DNA of 64,000 nucleotides from Escherichia coli (GTDB lineage Bacteria; Pseudomonadota; Gammaproteobacteria; Enterobacterales; Enterobacteriaceae): NCBI RefSeq assembly GCF_044647545.1, contig NZ_CP172818.1; one strand, 5' to 3'. Shown piece by piece: positions 60,408 to 64,000 of this stretch (position 1 is its first letter; each line of letters starts with the position of its first letter). The notes under the pieces were generated by a model. It saw only the letters and a program-made list of their open reading frames with translations, ran no database searches and was not told where the DNA came from. The position numbers and the translations under genes were made by a program.

Positions 60408-61940
60408 TTACAGATTTCCCATTCTTGGCGGGCAACGTTCCAGCAACTCGACGCTGCCGTCTTCGTTTTGCTGTTCCAGCATCACATCAAATCCCCACAG
60501 GCGATGCACATGCTTCAGTACTTCTTTGCGCCCCCGATCCAGCGGTGCGCGATTATGTGGAATGTAACGCAGCGTCAGCGAACGGTCGCCGCGCAAATCC
60601 ACGTTCCAGATCTGAATATTCGGCTCCAGATTACTTAAATTATATTGCGACGATAACCGGTTACGGATCTCCCGATAACCTTCTTCATTATGAATAGCGG
60701 AAATCTCCAGATAATTATGCCGATCGTCGTCCAGCACGGTGAAGAAGCGGAAATCACGCATCACTTTCGGTGATAGGAACTGACTGATAAAGCTCTCATC
60801 TTTGAAATCACGCATCGCAAAATGTAATGTGTCCAGCCAGTCAGAACCGGCGATATCCGGGAACCAGTATTTGTCTTCTTCCGTTGGCGACTGACAAATC
60901 CGTTTAATATCCTGGAACATGGCGAACCCGAGGGCATACGGGTTGATGCCGCTGTACCACGGGCTGTTATAGGGCGGCTGGAAGACCACATTGGTGTGGC
61001 TGTGCAAAAACTCCAGCATAAAACGTTCCGTTACTTTCCCTTCATCATACAGATGGTTAAGGATGGTGTAGTGCCAGAAGGTCGCCCAGCCTTCGTTCAT
61101 CACCTGAGTCTGTTTTTGCGGATAAAAATACTGGCTCACCTTACGCACAATACGCAGGATTTCACGCTGCCATGATTCCAGCAGTGGCGCATTTTTCTCC
61201 ATAAAATAGAGCAAGTTTTCTTGTGGTTCGGACGGATAGCGGCGCGCTTCAGCAACCGTTTTCTCTTCCTCGCGCTTCGGCAGGGTACGCCAGAGCATAT
61301 TGACCTGACTTTGCAGATACTCTTCGCGACTTTTCTGCCGGGCTTTCTCTTCTTGCAGCGAGATTTTTTGCGGGCGTTTGTACCGGTCCACGCCGTAGTT
61401 CATCAGCGCGTGGCACGAGTCCAGAAGCCGTTCTACTTCATCAACGCCATAACGTTCTTCGCACTCGGTAATATATTTACGGGCAAAAATCAGATAATCG
61501 ACAATCGAACTGGCGTCGGTCCAGCTACGGAATAAGTAATTGTTTTTGAAGAAAGAGTTATGCCCATAGCAGGCGTGTGCCATCACCAGCGCTTGCATGG
61601 TAATGGTGTTTTCTTCCATCAGGTAAGCGATACACGGGTTAGAGTTAATGACGATTTCATAGGCCAGTCCTTGCTGACCGTGCTTATACAGCCGTTCAGT
61701 CTCGATAAACTTTTTACCGAATGACCAGTGCGGATAGTTAATTGGCATGCCGACGCTGGAGTAGGCATCCATCATCTGTTCTGAGGTTATCACTTCAATC
61801 TGGTGCGGGTAGGTATCCAGCCGGTAGAGTTTCGCCACCCGGTCTATCTCTGCCAGATAAACATCCAGCAGGTCGAACGTCCAGTCGGGTCCATCGCTCA
61901 AACGTGTGGTGTCCTTATTCATAGAATCGATCGTCGCCAT
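60408..61940 (-). CDS. ycgB: SpoVR-family protein YcgB
   Basis: 510-aa ORF. Confidence 0.85.
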   Translation of the reverse strand: MATIDSMNKDTTRLSDGPDWTFDLLDVYLAEIDRVAKLYRLDTYPHQIEVITSEQMMDAYSSVGMPINYPHWSFGKKFIETERLYKHGQQGLAYEIVINSNPCIAYLMEENTITMQALVMAHACYGHNSFFKNNYLFRSWTDASSIVDYLIFARKYITECEERYGVDEVERLLDSCHALMNYGVDRYKRPQKISLQEEKARQKSREEYLQSQVNMLWRTLPKREEEKTVAEARRYPSEPQENLLYFMEKNAPLLESWQREILRIVRKVSQYFYPQKQTQVMNEGWATFWHYTILNHLYDEGKVTERFMLEFLHSHTNVVFQPPYNSPWYSGINPYALGFAMFQDIKRICQSPTEEDKYWFPDIAGSDWLDTLHFAMRDFKDESFISQFLSPKVMRDFRFFTVLDDDRHNYLEISAIHNEEGYREIRNRLSSQYNLSNLEPNIQIWNVDLRGDRSLTLRYIPHNRAPLDRGRKEVLKHVHRLWGFDVMLEQQNEDGSVELLERCPPRMGNL

Positions 61941-62224
61941 ACGCGCACCTCATTGTTGTCGGCGCTCTCTGTGTGGAGCACCTCATTTCAAGCATAGAAC
62001 ACCTGTTAAAAACCGCGTCGCCGGAGAATTTTTTTCTTTGCGATTTCTTATTATTAGAGTGCCACTAATCCGCTTCTGAACGGAATTTTATGCTGGATAA
62101 AAAGGGCGTTCAGCAGGAGATACTAAAGACGCCATATTGCCGCAGAGTCAGGGAGATGTGAGCCAGCTCACCATAAAAAAGCCATATGTTGAATAATATT
62201 TTCAACTGAGTTATCAAGATGTAA

Positions 62225-63568
<1,344 letters not shown>

Positions 63569-63577
63569 GGAAACGAG

Positions 63578-64000
63578 ATGACCCGTCCGATACAGGCCAG
63601 CCTCGATCTGCAGGCATTAAAACAGAATCTGTCCATTGTCCGGCAGGCCGCGCCGCACGCGCGCGTTTGGTCGGTGGTAAAAGCGAATGCTTACGGGCAC
63701 GGTATTGAGCGTATCTGGAGCGCGCTAGGGGCCACCGATGGCTTTGCATTACTTAATCTGGAAGAGGCAATAACGTTACGTGAGCGCGGCTGGAAAGGAC
63801 CGATCCTGATGCTGGAGGGATTTTTCCATGCACAGGATCTGGAGATTTATGACCAGTACCGCCTGACCACCTGCGTCCACAGCAACTGGCAGCTCAAAGC
63901 ACTGCAAAATGCGCGGCTAAAAGCGCCGTTGGATATTTATCTTAAAGTGAACAGTGGGATGAATCGGTTGGGCTTCCAGCCCGATCGCGTGCTTACCGTC
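63578..64000 (+). CDS. dadX: alanine racemase, catabolic (5' partial, runs off the window)
   Basis: ATG 63578 ten nt after dadA; PLP-lysine motif [10 protein letters not shown]; no stop before the window end. Confidence 0.85.
   Translation, partial: MTRPIQASLDLQALKQNLSIVRQAAPHARVWSVVKANAYGHGIERIWSALGATDGFALLNLEEAITLRERGWKGPILMLEGFFHAQDLEIYDQYRLTTCVHSNWQLKALQNARLKAPLDIYLKVNSGMNRLGFQPDRVLTV

Overview
This window reads as an Escherichia coli K-12-like chromosomal segment running from lolCDE to dadA/dadX, recognised from ORF lengths, motifs and gene order (no database search was run). Core genes on both sides are intact: lolCDE, nagK, cobB, ycfZ, ymfA, potDCBA, pepT, roxA, phoQP, purB, hflD, mnmA, nudJ, rluE and icd on the left; iraM, ycgX, bluR/bluF, ycgZ-ymgABC, pdeG, minCDE, pliG, hlyE, umuDC, dsbB, nhaB, fadR, ycgB, dadA and dadX on the right. 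Between them, about 20943-36329, lies an e14-like defective lambdoid prophage inserted in the 3' end of icd and bounded by a 212-bp direct duplication. The prophage carries an AT-rich cargo block at the att-int junction (ymfE-ymfD plus the Lit HEXXH protease, with an 8-bp tandem repeat in their divergent promoter region), int/xis, a CI/Cro-like switch, a replication-initiator::terminase fusion ORF marking a large internal deletion, tail-fibre genes in a Pin-type invertible segment, and the McrA HNH endonuclease. The most notable points are: (1) the ymfE-ymfD cassette is the best candidate for an undescribed accessory or defence module; (2) the invertible tail-fibre switch looks frozen, with pin broken by two frameshifts and stfE carrying an in-frame stop, while both 26-bp crossover sites are intact; (3) a degenerate third copy of the att/icd-terminator lies beyond iraM, suggesting a tandem integration remnant. 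No rRNA, tRNA, CRISPR array or IS element was found.
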